This document shows positions 10,192-22,580 of a DNA stretch of 64,000 bases, piece after piece. Position numbers and translations under genes: made by a program. Below the pieces are notes generated by a model, which saw only the letters and a program-made list of their open reading frames with translations, did not search any database and was not told the DNA's origin. Position 1 is the stretch's first letter, and each line of letters begins with the position of its first letter. Source of the DNA: a candidate division NC10 bacterium CSP1-5 (GTDB taxonomy: Bacteria > Methylomirabilota > Methylomirabilia > Methylomirabilales > CSP1-5); assembly GCA_001443495.1 (NCBI GenBank), contig LDXR01000009.1, positions 28,875 to 92,874 of the forward strand, written 5' to 3'.

Positions 10192-11595
10192 ATGGATGAG
10201 ACCCTGCTCGACAAAGTGTGGCGTGCCCACACCGTAAAGATGCTCCCCTCGGGGCAAACGCAGCTCTTCATCGGGCTGCACCTGATCCACGAGGTGACGA
10301 GCCCGCAGGCCTTCCAGATGCTCAGGGAGGCGGGGCTCAAGGTCCGTCTTCCGGAACGCACGTTCGCCACCATCGATCACATTGTCCCGACCGCCTCGCA
10401 GATGCGCCCCTTCGGCGACCTGTTGGCCGAGGAGATGACCGTCCATCTGGTCAGGAACTGTCAGGAGTTCGACATCCGGCTCTTCGATTTGAACAGCGGC
10501 ATGCAAGGCATCGTCCATGTCATCGGGCCGGAGCTGGGTCTCACCCAGCCGGGAATGACCATCGCGTGCGGCGACAGCCATACCTCCACCCACGGGGCGC
10601 TCGGGGCGCTGGCCTTCGGGATCGGCACGAGTCAGGTGCGGGACGTGCTGGCGACGCAGTGTCTGGCGATGGCCAAACCGAAGCTGCGCCAGATTCGGGT
10701 CGAGGGGCGCCTCGCGCGCGGCGTCTACGCCAAGGACGTGATCCTCTCCATTATCCAGCGGCTCGGAGTGAAGGGCGGCGTGGGCTACGCCTACGAATAC
10801 GCCGGATCGGCCGTTGAGGCCATGGCCATGGAGGAGCGCCTCACCATCTGCAACATGAGCATTGAGGGGGGTGCCCGGGCGGGCTACGTCAATCCCGACG
10901 CGACGACGTTCGATTATCTCAGGGGACGCCCCTTTGCGCCGCAGGGGGAGGCCTTCGATCGGGCGGTGGCCTGGTGGAGGAGCATGGCGACAGCACCGGG
11001 GGCCACCTTCGACGACGTCGTCACGCTCCACGGGGGGTCGATCCAGCCTGTGGTGACGTGGGGGATCAATCCCGGGCAGTCGGTGGGGGTGGGGGATCGA
11101 ATCCCGAATCCGGCGCAGGCGCCGGAGACGGACCGGGCCGCCTGGACAGAGGCACTGGCCTTTATGGATTTCAAGCCGGGTCAGCCGATCGCCGGAACCC
11201 GCATCGACGTGGCCTTCATCGGCTCGTGCACGAATGCGCGCCTCTCAGACCTGCGGTCCGCGGCCCAGGTCGCCCGGGGGCGGAAGGTGGCGAAGGGGGT
11301 ACGTGCACTGGTGGTCCCGGGTTCGCAGGCCGTCGCGGCTGCGGCCGAGGCCGAGGGGATTCACGTGATCTTTCAGGAGGCCGGATTCGAGTGGCGCAAG
11401 GCGGGCTGCTCGCTCTGTCTCGGCATGAACGAAGACAAGCTGAAAGGCCGGGAGATCTGCGCCTCGTCCAGCAATCGGAACTTCAAGGGGCGACAGGGCT
11501 CGCCCATGGGGCGGACGCTCCTCATGAGCCCGGCCATGGTGGCGGCGGCGTCAATCGCAGGGGAGGTCGTTGACGTGCGCGAGTTGCTCCGGTGA
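10192..11595 (+). CDS. leuC: 3-isopropylmalate dehydratase large subunit
   Basis: [40 protein letters not shown]. Confidence 0.97.
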   Translation: MDETLLDKVWRAHTVKMLPSGQTQLFIGLHLIHEVTSPQAFQMLREAGLKVRLPERTFATIDHIVPTASQMRPFGDLLAEEMTVHLVRNCQEFDIRLFDLNSGMQGIVHVIGPELGLTQPGMTIACGDSHTSTHGALGALAFGIGTSQVRDVLATQCLAMAKPKLRQIRVEGRLARGVYAKDVILSIIQRLGVKGGVGYAYEYAGSAVEAMAMEERLTICNMSIEGGARAGYVNPDATTFDYLRGRPFAPQGEAFDRAVAWWRSMATAPGATFDDVVTLHGGSIQPVVTWGINPGQSVGVGDRIPNPAQAPETDRAAWTEALAFMDFKPGQPIAGTRIDVAFIGSCTNARLSDLRSAAQVARGRKVAKGVRALVVPGSQAVAAAAEAEGIHVIFQEAGFEWRKAGCSLCLGMNEDKLKGREICASSSNRNFKGRQGSPMGRTLLMSPAMVAAASIAGEVVDVRELLR

Positions 11596-12188
11596 GCGGC
11601 GACAGCGTTCGGCGGCAGATCGTCGGCCGCGGGATCCCCCTGCCCGGCAACGACATCGACACCGACCGGATCATCCCCGCCCGGTTCCTCAAGAGCGTCA
11701 CCTTCGAGGGGCTTGAGCAGCACGTCTTTGCGGACGATCGCGTGCAGGCGGCCGATCACCCCTTCAACGAGGACCGGTATCAGGGGGCGTCGATCCTTGT
11801 GGTTGGGCTCAACTTCGGGTGCGGCTCCTCCCGGGAGCACGCACCGGAGGCGCTCAGGCGCTGGGGCATCCGGGGGATCGTGGGGGGATCGTTTGCCGAG
11901 ATCTTTTTCGGCAACGCTACGGCCCTCGGCGTCCCGTGTCTGGCGGTAGCCCCCAAGGATGTCGAGTGGTTGATGGGGGCCGTCGCGCATCAGCCCGAGC
12001 GCGAGATCGTGCTGGACGTGGAGGCCGAACGGGTGCGCCTGGGCGACCGGACCATCCCAGCCAGGCTTCCCGAGGCGGCCCGGAAGCAGCTCCTGACGGG
12101 CACCTGGAACGCCACCGCCGTCCTGCTGGAGGCGGGTGAGGAGATCGCGCGGGTGGCGCAGGGCCTTCCGTACCTCTCCGGGTACTGA
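11592..12188 (+). CDS. leuD: 3-isopropylmalate dehydratase small subunit
   Basis: [30 protein letters not shown]; GTGA overlap with leuC. Confidence 0.96.
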   Translation: MSGDSVRRQIVGRGIPLPGNDIDTDRIIPARFLKSVTFEGLEQHVFADDRVQAADHPFNEDRYQGASILVVGLNFGCGSSREHAPEALRRWGIRGIVGGSFAEIFFGNATALGVPCLAVAPKDVEWLMGAVAHQPEREIVLDVEAERVRLGDRTIPARLPEAARKQLLTGTWNATAVLLEAGEEIARVAQGLPYLSGY

Positions 12189-12195
12189 CGACCGC

Positions 12196-12249
12196 GTACA
12201 GGGTGCAGAGTACAGCGTGCAGGGTGCGGTGCAGAGTGAAGGGATAGAA
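12196..12249 (+). repeat. Degenerate 7-bp tandem repeat (GTRCAGN) between leuD and asd
   Basis: GTACAGG GTGCAGA GTACAGC GTGCAGG GTGCG GTGCAGA GTGAAGG GATAGAA. Confidence 0.75.
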
Positions 12250-12256
12250 TAGAGAG

Positions 12257-13273
12257 ATGAGCAGAAGCGGGTACCGGGTGGCGATTGCGGGGGCAACGGG
12301 GGCGGTGGGGCAGACCATGCTCTCGATCCTCGCCGAGCGGAACTTCCCGGTGCGGAGCGTCCGACTCCTGGCCTCGGAGCGGTCGGAAGGGAAGGTTCTC
12401 CACTTCAAGGGCGAAGAGGTCAAGGTCGAGCGACTGACGGAGCGCTCCTTCGAGGGAATCGAGCTGGCCCTATTCTCTGCGGGCGCCAGCCGCAGTAAAG
12501 AGTTTGCTCCGGAGGCGGTCAGGGCGGGCGCGCTGGTGGTGGACAACAGCTCCGCCTTTCGGATGGACCCCACCGTCCCCCTCGTGGTCCCTGAGATCAA
12601 CCCCGGGGCGGCCCGGCATCACAGTGGGCTGATCGCCAATCCCAATTGCACCACCGTCGTGACAGTCATGGCTTTGAAGCCGCTCCACGAGGCGGCGACG
12701 GTCAAGCGCGTCATCGTGTCGAGCTATCAAGCGGTCTCGGGGGCGGGGGCCCAGGCTCTCGAAGAGCTCAAGCAACAGGTCCGCGCATGGGTGAAGGGGG
12801 AGCCGGCGGAATCCAAGGTCTTTCCGCATCCGATCGCCTTTAATCTCATTCCCCAGGTGGATGTATTCGAATCCAGCGGCTACACCCGGGAGGAGATGAA
12901 GCTCGTCCATGAGACCCGCAAGATCCTGGAAGATGAAACGATGCGCATTGCCGCGACCACCGTTCGGGTCCCCGTCTGGTACGCCCACTCGGTCTCGGTG
13001 ACCGCGGAGACCGAGCGGAAGGTGACGGTGGAGGAGGCCCGGAGGCTCTTCGCCAGCTTCCCCGGCCTCACGCTGTGGGACGATCCGGCCAACCGCCAGT
13101 ACCCCATGCCTATCGTCGCCGCCGGGAAGGATGAGTGTTACGTCGGCCGAATCCGGGAGGATCTTTCAAGCGATAAGGGACTCGCCTTCTGGGTCGTGGG
13201 GGATCAGCTCCGGAAGGGGGCGGCGCTCAACGCGATCCAGATCGCCGAGTTGGTCTTGGGGGTGAAGAGGTAG
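12257..13273 (+). CDS. asd: Aspartate-semialdehyde dehydrogenase
   Basis: GATGAVG, DNSSAFR, ANPNCTT, YQAVSGAG, LRKGAALN. Confidence 0.97.
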   Translation: MSRSGYRVAIAGATGAVGQTMLSILAERNFPVRSVRLLASERSEGKVLHFKGEEVKVERLTERSFEGIELALFSAGASRSKEFAPEAVRAGALVVDNSSAFRMDPTVPLVVPEINPGAARHHSGLIANPNCTTVVTVMALKPLHEAATVKRVIVSSYQAVSGAGAQALEELKQQVRAWVKGEPAESKVFPHPIAFNLIPQVDVFESSGYTREEMKLVHETRKILEDETMRIAATTVRVPVWYAHSVSVTAETERKVTVEEARRLFASFPGLTLWDDPANRQYPMPIVAAGKDECYVGRIREDLSSDKGLAFWVVGDQLRKGAALNAIQIAELVLGVKR

Positions 13274-13284
13274 GTCCTCGGCTC

Positions 13285-14019
13285 GTGCAGAACCTCAAGT
13301 TGACCCTGGAATATGACGGCACCGCGTATCACGGCTGGCAGGTCCAGCCGGGGCTGCCGACCATCCAGGGGGCCCTCGAGGAGACCGTAAAGCGCATTTC
13401 AGGCGAGGAGGTCCGGGTCATCGCCGCAGGGCGGACCGACGCAGGGGTCCACGCCCTGGGCCAGGTGGCCAACTTCCGGACGAACAAGGGTCTCGCCCTC
13501 GACACATGGCGGCGGGCCCTCAATGGTCTGCTCCCGTCCGACATCGTGGTGCGCTGCGTCGACCATGCGGCTGACGCGTTTGATGCGCGCCGATCCGCCA
13601 CGCGAAAGACCTACCGGTACGCCATCTGGAACGCCCCATTCCCGTCTGCCCTCGAGCGACACTGTGTTCTCCACATCCCCGATCCTTTAGACGTCGCCTC
13701 CATGGCTGAGGGGGCGACGTCCTTTATCGGCGAGCACGATTTTTCCGCCTTTCGGGCGGCTGACGACAGCCCGCCCCATCCCGTGCGCCGCGTGGTCGAG
13801 GCGCGCTTCGCACAGGAGGCGAATCGCCTCCACTTTATCATCACGGGAAACGGCTTCCTGAAACACATGATTCGTATCATCGTGGGGACGCTGCTCGACG
13901 TCGGTAGAGGCACGCTTGGCCCTGAAGACTTGGAGCGAATCTTGCACACCAAGGATCGCCAGAGGGCCGGGCGGACGGCGCCCCCTCACGGTCTATGCCT
14001 GATAGAGGTGATGTATTAA
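13285..14019 (+). CDS. truA: tRNA pseudouridine(38-40) synthase
   Basis: YDGTAYHGWQ, GRTDAGVHA, FLKHMIRIIVG, APPHGL. Confidence 0.97.
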   Translation: MQNLKLTLEYDGTAYHGWQVQPGLPTIQGALEETVKRISGEEVRVIAAGRTDAGVHALGQVANFRTNKGLALDTWRRALNGLLPSDIVVRCVDHAADAFDARRSATRKTYRYAIWNAPFPSALERHCVLHIPDPLDVASMAEGATSFIGEHDFSAFRAADDSPPHPVRRVVEARFAQEANRLHFIITGNGFLKHMIRIIVGTLLDVGRGTLGPEDLERILHTKDRQRAGRTAPPHGLCLIEVMY

Positions 14020-14289
14020 ATGGCTATCACTGGAAATCCTCTCGCCATAGCACGGGAAATTGGAGACGGGTTTCACTCCCTGACCACAGCATCCCTGAAG
14101 AGGTACACGCCCGCCGACCTGAAGACCATCAACACCAGCCTCCAGCAAGTCCTCCGAGACGCCCGGGGAGAGACGCCTCCGCCAGGCGACGCCGAGGCGA
14201 TCCGAAAGAAAAACCTCCGACTCCAGCGCCTGAATACCGCCGTTCTGACGCTCGCCAACTACTGCCGCCAACAGCGCATTCCGGTGTAA
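14020..14289 (+). CDS. Hypothetical 89-aa protein
   Basis: ATG immediately after the truA stop, GAGGTG upstream; no recognisable motif. Confidence 0.65.
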   Translation: MAITGNPLAIAREIGDGFHSLTTASLKRYTPADLKTINTSLQQVLRDARGETPPPGDAEAIRKKNLRLQRLNTAVLTLANYCRQQRIPV

Positions 14290-14444
14290 GGGCTCGCGCG
14301 CGCCGTGCCGCCTCAGCGAGGCGGAGTGCCGATCTGTGCTCTCGAAACCGCGCAGGGGAGTAGGCAAGGTCGAGGGCCGGGAGTTGCGCCGACCCAAGGC
14401 CTGTGCTATCTATAGGCGGATACAGCACGGGAGAAAGGATCGGC

Positions 14445-17023
<2,579 letters not shown>

Positions 17024-17030
<7 letters not shown>

Positions 17031-17047
17031 GACGCTAGAATGCTAGA
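17024..17047 (+). repeat. 8-bp tandem repeat x3 over the leuS stop
   Basis: ACGCTAGG ACGCTAGA ATGCTAGA. Confidence 0.6.
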
Positions 17048-17086
17048 AGGCGAAGCACCCCAGCGGGCGATGCGCAGATCGAAGGG

Positions 17087-17599
17087 GTGCGCGTGAGGAC
17101 GATTCAGACAACGGTGGCCGTTATCGCCATCGCCCTGGTCGGAGCGGCGTGCGGCTACCGAGGCCAGACGAACCTTCCGAGTGACCTGCAGCGGATCCAT
17201 GTGGCCGTCAGCAACAGCGGAGCCTTCCGGCCCGGGCTCGAGACCGCCCTCACCCAGGCCCTGACCCAGCGCATCCTGAGCGCCGGAGGGCGGGTCGTCG
17301 CAGAGGAGGCCCAGGCGGACGCAACGATCAAGGCCGTCATTACCGGCCTCGAGAGGAATCCGGTGGCCTTCGATGCGACGGATCTTGCCCGACGCTTCCG
17401 GATGGTGGTCATCCTTGATCTGCAGGTGATCCAGCGGAGGGACCGGGCAGAGCTGGCAAAGGAGCAGGTCCGGGGAGAGGCGTACTATTCGGCTCCGACC
17501 GGCGTAACGGGAACCCAGGTGGCGGAAGATGAAGCGATCCGCCGAGCCATGAGCGACCTCGCCGACCGGGTTCTCACGCGGGTCGGGGAGCCGTTCTGA
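17087..17599 (+). CDS. lptE: LPS-assembly lipoprotein LptE
   Basis: Lipobox GAAC-GY; conserved leuS-lptE-holA synteny. Confidence 0.8.
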   Translation: MRVRTIQTTVAVIAIALVGAACGYRGQTNLPSDLQRIHVAVSNSGAFRPGLETALTQALTQRILSAGGRVVAEEAQADATIKAVITGLERNPVAFDATDLARRFRMVVILDLQVIQRRDRAELAKEQVRGEAYYSAPTGVTGTQVAEDEAIRRAMSDLADRVLTRVGEPF

Positions 17600-17647
17600 G
17601 GGACGACGCTGTTTGATCCCATCCTCCAAGCCGCGATCCGAGGCCAA

Positions 17648-18610
17648 GTGGCTCCGGTATATCTCCTGCTCGGCGAGGAAGTTCTCCTCCGCGAAGAGTT
17701 CGTCTCCCGCCTGCTGAGCACCCTCTTGCCGCCCGGGATGGAGACCCTCAATCTGGACATCCTTTCAGGGGGCGAGGCAACTTCCGCCGATATCGCCAGC
17801 CGCTGCCGGACGATTCCCGCCTGTGCACCGCGGCGGCTCGTATTGCTGAAAGAGGCAGACCGGCTCCGCAGTGAGGTCTGGGACGCGACGGTGGCCTACC
17901 TGGACGCCCCATCCCCGACCACATGTCTCATCTGTGTGGCTGACAAGTTGGAGCACGGGCACCGCGGACTCAAGCGCATCGAGGAGGTGGGGAAGGTTCT
18001 CCGCTTCGCCTTGCCGAGGGACGCGGAAGGACGCGAGCGGCAGTGTCAGCAGTGGATGCGGCAGCGGGCACGGCAACAGGGGAAATCCCTGACTCCCGAG
18101 GCGGAACGACTCCTCTTGACGCTCCAGGGTCCGGATCTCTTGCGTTTGAGCCAGGAGGTGGACAAACTCTGCCTCTTCGTCGGGGAGCGACAGGAGATCG
18201 ACCCTGAGGCGGTAGAGGCCCTGGTCGGTCAGGGGAGGGTGCGGGGGATTTTCGAGCTCACGTCCGCGGTGAGCCGCCGGGACCTCAATGGAGCCTTGTC
18301 CTGTCTCCGGCACCTCCTGGAGAGGGGAGAGGAGCCCCTGGGGATGCTGGGGATGCTGGCACGTCAACTGCGGCTCCTCGTGCGGGCCAAGGAACTCCTC
18401 GCGCAGTCTTCGCCTCCCGCCGAGATCAGCCGGCTGCTCGGCGTGCCACGTCCTTTTGTTTCAGAGATCCTGGAGGCGGCAGACATCTCGTCCCTGCCCC
18501 GGCTGGAGCAAGGGCTCGCCCGCCTGCTCGACGTGGACCGAAGGTTGAAATCGTCGGGAGGGGGCCAACGCCTTTTTCTGGAGCTGGCCGTTATCGATCT
18601 GTGCTCATGA
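17648..18610 (+). CDS. holA: DNA polymerase III delta subunit
   Basis: PVYLLLGEE, EVDKL, IFEL; synteny; frame is open back to CTG 17609. Confidence 0.88.
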   Translation: MAPVYLLLGEEVLLREEFVSRLLSTLLPPGMETLNLDILSGGEATSADIASRCRTIPACAPRRLVLLKEADRLRSEVWDATVAYLDAPSPTTCLICVADKLEHGHRGLKRIEEVGKVLRFALPRDAEGRERQCQQWMRQRARQQGKSLTPEAERLLLTLQGPDLLRLSQEVDKLCLFVGERQEIDPEAVEALVGQGRVRGIFELTSAVSRRDLNGALSCLRHLLERGEEPLGMLGMLARQLRLLVRAKELLAQSSPPAEISRLLGVPRPFVSEILEAADISSLPRLEQGLARLLDVDRRLKSSGGGQRLFLELAVIDLCS

Positions 18611-18618
18611 AGGTCGGA

Positions 18619-18891
18619 CTACTGGGCGCTCCCGCGGCCCTGCACCTGATGGGCGAGCCGGGACTTGTAGCGGGCCGCCGTTCGCGAATGGATGATCCCC
18701 TTGGAGGCAGTCTTGTCGATAATCGCCACCGCCGCCTGAAAGGCAGCCACGGCCGCCTCCCGGTTTCCCGTCTCTACCGCGTGACGGACCCTCTTGATGG
18801 TCGTTCGGAGTCGGCTTATGGCCTTCCGGTTGCGCAGGGTTCGCACCCGGGCTTGGCGCAGCTGCTTCGCTGCGGATCTGGTGTTGGGCAT
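18619..18891 (-). CDS. rpsT: 30S ribosomal protein S20
   Basis: MPNTRSAAK..IDKTASKGIIHSRTAARYKSRL. Confidence 0.96.
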   Translation of the reverse strand: MPNTRSAAKQLRQARVRTLRNRKAISRLRTTIKRVRHAVETGNREAAVAAFQAAVAIIDKTASKGIIHSRTAARYKSRLAHQVQGRGSAQ

Positions 18892-18946
18892 CGATCCATC
18901 CTCCACGAGACTGCGGCAACGGATTGTATAGAGGAATTCCATCTCG

Positions 18947-20524
18947 ATGTCAAGCCCTTTTGACCCCAAGGTACCGACGCAGCACCTGACAGCCGCCGCA
19001 TCTGTGGTGAGCGGCGGAACCTTGGTCAGCCGGGTCCTGGGATATGTCCGGGATATGCTCATCGCCCATCGATTCGGGGGGGGATTGCATGCCGACGCCT
19101 TCTTTGTGGCCTTTCGCATCCCGAATATGGCCCGAGAACTCCTCGGGGAGGGGGCACTCTCCGCCGGCTTCATCCCGGTCTTCACCGAGACCCTGACCAA
19201 GGAGGGGCGGCCGTCGGCCTTTCGGATGGCAGGCCGCGCCTTTTGGACGATGGCCCTGATTCTGTTCGTGGTGGTCATCATCGGCGCCTGGAGCGCGCCG
19301 GGCCTGGTCCACCTGATCGCCCCCGGGTTCGGGGCAGAGCCGGAGAAGCTCGGCCTCACCGTGGCGCTCACCCGCGTGATGTTTCCTTACCTGTTCTTCA
19401 TCGGGCTGACCGCGCTCATGATGGGGATTCTGAACTCCCTCGGCCACTTTGCCGCTCCAGCCCTCTCTCCCGCCCTGCTCAACATGGCGATGATCCTGTG
19501 TCTGATCTTCCTGGCCCCGCGCCTTGAAGAGCCCGTCTATGCCTTGGCGTACGGGGTCCTGGGAGGAGGGGTGCTGCAGCTCCTGTCCCAGTTTCCTCCC
19601 GCCGGGCGCCGCGGGGTGACCCTGACCCCAACGGGACCGTGGCGGGATCCCGCCCTGGCGCGGATCGGACGGTTGATGGTCCCTGGCGTCGCCGGGCTCG
19701 CCGTCACCCAGCTCAACGTGTTCATCACCACCCTCCTGGCCTCCTTCTTGGTCGAGGGGTCGATTTCGTATCTCTACTACGCGTTCCGGCTCGTCCATCT
19801 CCCCATTGGTCTCATCGGGGTGGCGGGTGCGACAGCCGTCTTTCCGGCGATGGCCGCCGCCGCCCAGCGCTCCTCCGCAGATTTGAAGAAAACCCTGGTC
19901 TTCGCCCTCCGCCTCACCCTCTTCCTGACGATTCCTGCGCTGCTGGGCCTGGTGATCTTTCGGCAACCCATCATTCAGCTCCTCTTTGAGCGGGGGGCGT
20001 TTACCCGCGGCATGACCCTCGCTACCGCCCAGGTCGTGCTGGGATACAGCCTCGGGCTGTGCTTTTTCGTCGCCAATCGGGTGCTGGTTCCCGCCTTTTA
20101 CGCCTTCCAGGACACGACGACCCCTGTCAAGGCGGGCGCCGTCGCCGTCGCGAGCAACATCCTCTTCAGCCTCGTGCTGATGGGCCCCCTGGAGGCGGCG
20201 GGGCTTGCCGTCGCGACTTCTCTCGCCTCTGTGGTGAACTTCACCCTCTTGATCGTGCTGCTCAGAAGGCATGTGGGACCGCTCCCCGGGCAAGATCTAG
20301 CCAGATCCCTCACAAAAACCGGTCTCGCCGGCCTGGGGATGGCCGCGACGTGCCTGATCCTCCAAGTTCTCTGGCCATGGGGTGGGCATGGGCTCCTCCC
20401 GCAGCTTGGCCATCTGGTCGGGGGGCTTGGCCTTGGAACAGCAGTCTTTTTGGGAGTGGCTGCCTTCCTCGGCTGCGAGGAGGTTCAGGTCCTTCGCAGG
20501 CTCTTTCAAAGGCGATCAACCTAA
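18947..20524 (+). CDS. murJ: Lipid II flippase MurJ
   Basis: SRVLGYVRD, AFRIPN, EGALSAGFIP, many TM helices; divergent from rpsT. Confidence 0.96.
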   Translation: MSSPFDPKVPTQHLTAAASVVSGGTLVSRVLGYVRDMLIAHRFGGGLHADAFFVAFRIPNMARELLGEGALSAGFIPVFTETLTKEGRPSAFRMAGRAFWTMALILFVVVIIGAWSAPGLVHLIAPGFGAEPEKLGLTVALTRVMFPYLFFIGLTALMMGILNSLGHFAAPALSPALLNMAMILCLIFLAPRLEEPVYALAYGVLGGGVLQLLSQFPPAGRRGVTLTPTGPWRDPALARIGRLMVPGVAGLAVTQLNVFITTLLASFLVEGSISYLYYAFRLVHLPIGLIGVAGATAVFPAMAAAAQRSSADLKKTLVFALRLTLFLTIPALLGLVIFRQPIIQLLFERGAFTRGMTLATAQVVLGYSLGLCFFVANRVLVPAFYAFQDTTTPVKAGAVAVASNILFSLVLMGPLEAAGLAVATSLASVVNFTLLIVLLRRHVGPLPGQDLARSLTKTGLAGLGMAATCLILQVLWPWGGHGLLPQLGHLVGGLGLGTAVFLGVAAFLGCEEVQVLRRLFQRRST

Positions 20525-20542
20525 AGCTAAAGCAAATTTTTA

Positions 20543-20571
20543 TTGACAGGCAAACAGGGGAAAAGTATGTT
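20543..20571 (+). promoter_or_regulatory. Sigma70-type promoter with AT-rich upstream tract
   Basis: AAATTTTTA-TTGACA(20543-20548)-17 bp-TATGTT(20566-20571). Confidence 0.65.
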
Positions 20572-20673
20572 AATCTTTACGTTTCGGGGCATTCTTTCAC
20601 CTTGAGCTTCAGCATTGTTTAACAGCGAGCAGGGTATCGAAATTTTCAAGAAACTGTCACCGAGGGGAGAGCG

Positions 20674-22440
20674 ATGAGCATTGCAGCAGGAAGTCCTGGC
20701 CTTGAGACCCATGTTGGAAACTTCGCCCTGATCGACACTCTGCGTCAATGGGGGATCACGCATTTCAGTGGGGTGAATGGGGGAGGGGTCATCCACGTGA
20801 CGAAGTACTTAGAGCCGCTCACCCATCCCTCCCAGATCACGGATGGCGTCCCCAGGTTTCTGACCATGGGCGAGTATGCGTCGGGGTTTATGCCCCTAGG
20901 CTATTACCTCGCCTCTGGCCGCGTTGCCTGCTCGATCACCACCACGGGGGCGGCGACGAAACTCGGCTCGAGCGGGATCACCGATGCCAAACTGCACAAC
21001 ATCCCTTCCGTATTCATCATCGCCCTGAACTCCGTGATGTCTATTGGAAACGCCCCCTTGCAGGACGTCTCGCATTACGGCATGAATATCGTCCCACAAC
21101 TGCAGGCCGAGTTGGGGGATGGGTGCATCGTCATCGACAATATCAATCGCCTGGAACAGGACCTGGACAAGGCCCAACGGCTCCTGCACGATTGGCGACC
21201 CGTGGCCATTGCGTTTCATCCGGACATCCTGTCGAAGGAGATCTCCGTGCACGTGCCCAAGCGGGAACGGGCGCGGACCCTCAACTCACAGGACGTGGAA
21301 GCCTTCCTCAGGGGTTTCCCGTCCATGGCGAAGGGACGGCGGGTGATCATCTACGTCGGTGAGGAGGCAGCGTTCTGTCCCAACATCGAGCAACTCTCGA
21401 CAGAGCTGTCCGAACTCCTCCACGCCCCCACCATCTGGTCGATCAATGGGGCCAACGCGGTCTCGCCCAAGAACCCGTTCAGCTACGGGTACATTCTGTT
21501 CGGGGGCAATGACAAAGCAATGGAGCTCTGGCGGAGCATCAACCAGGACGATATCGTGATCACCCTCGGGTTCTGTCCGGGGGAGTATTCGATCAATCTG
21601 GAGAACATTCGCGCAAAGTGTACGTGGCACTTCGGCGCGTACCCCTATGGCTACGGGCAGGTCAATGGTGATTTCCGGCACCGGTGTCTGGGAGATTACA
21701 GGCAAGTCCGTGGCGACATCGGGCTGGCCCTCGAAGCAATCCTCCCTCGGCTGAAGGCCATGGGCATCGAGAAGGATAGGCCAAAGGTCGAGCGGCCGGA
21801 GAATCTCAACTCTCGGGAGGTCTGGCGTGACGTCCGCAAGGACTGTGTGGACTTCATGGCGTTTTACGAGGAGATGCCCAACTACTGGCAACCGCACAGC
21901 ATTGGGTTCGACGATGTCTGCATCTCGTATAAGGATCGGCAGTATGTCACGCAGCGGCCCCACCCGTATATCAAATTCTGGACCGCACACCACGGCTCGG
22001 CCATGGGTGGGGCGTTTGGAATGGGCGTGGGTGCCAAGCTGGCCGATCCAAGCCTGCACACCTTCATGTTCTGTGGGGATGGGTGCTGGCGCCTCTTTGG
22101 CGGGTGCCTGGCCGATGCGGCAAACCTCGACCTGCGCCTGTTCATCATCAACAACGGGACCTACGGTATTGTCGATAAGGGGCTGGAGGTCATCATCCCG
22201 ACCGTGGAGAAGCGGCGCTACCACTCGAAGCTGCCGAGCATCGACTTTGTGGCGGCGGCCAAGGCCCACGGCTGGGATGGCTTCTACCTCAAGCCCGACC
22301 TCAGCAATCTGAAAGAGATCATGGATGCCTGCCACACGCCGGCGGGTAGGTCGATCCTGGTGGATGTCCCTGTGGACAACGAGCAGGTCGTCGGCTTGAA
22401 CGCCCGGCTGCTGAACCTCACGACACAGGCGTATCTGTAG
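20674..22440 (+). CDS. Uncharacterised thiamine-diphosphate-dependent enzyme (AHAS/carboligase fold)
   Basis: GDG..(x22)..NN ThDP motif (GDGCWRL..IINN), probable catalytic Glu in GEYASG, GSAMG; lacks AHAS RFDDR. Confidence 0.85.
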   Translation: MSIAAGSPGLETHVGNFALIDTLRQWGITHFSGVNGGGVIHVTKYLEPLTHPSQITDGVPRFLTMGEYASGFMPLGYYLASGRVACSITTTGAATKLGSSGITDAKLHNIPSVFIIALNSVMSIGNAPLQDVSHYGMNIVPQLQAELGDGCIVIDNINRLEQDLDKAQRLLHDWRPVAIAFHPDILSKEISVHVPKRERARTLNSQDVEAFLRGFPSMAKGRRVIIYVGEEAAFCPNIEQLSTELSELLHAPTIWSINGANAVSPKNPFSYGYILFGGNDKAMELWRSINQDDIVITLGFCPGEYSINLENIRAKCTWHFGAYPYGYGQVNGDFRHRCLGDYRQVRGDIGLALEAILPRLKAMGIEKDRPKVERPENLNSREVWRDVRKDCVDFMAFYEEMPNYWQPHSIGFDDVCISYKDRQYVTQRPHPYIKFWTAHHGSAMGGAFGMGVGAKLADPSLHTFMFCGDGCWRLFGGCLADAANLDLRLFIINNGTYGIVDKGLEVIIPTVEKRRYHSKLPSIDFVAAAKAHGWDGFYLKPDLSNLKEIMDACHTPAGRSILVDVPVDNEQVVGLNARLLNLTTQAYL

Positions 22441-22580
22441 CCTCCGGGGGCGGGCGGCACATGACGCGGACAGGCGAGGAGCCTCCTGGGTCTCGGAGGC
22501 GTGCTCTGCCCAGAGGGGTCCGGGACGGGGCACGCCCTTCACGTATCACCTGAAGACGGACTGGCGCGGGGACAGGAGCC

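Noticed and set aside
20575-20673. TPP riboswitch ahead of the ThDP enzyme
   Set aside because: No CTGAGA or GATAAT..GCGxAGGGA core visible
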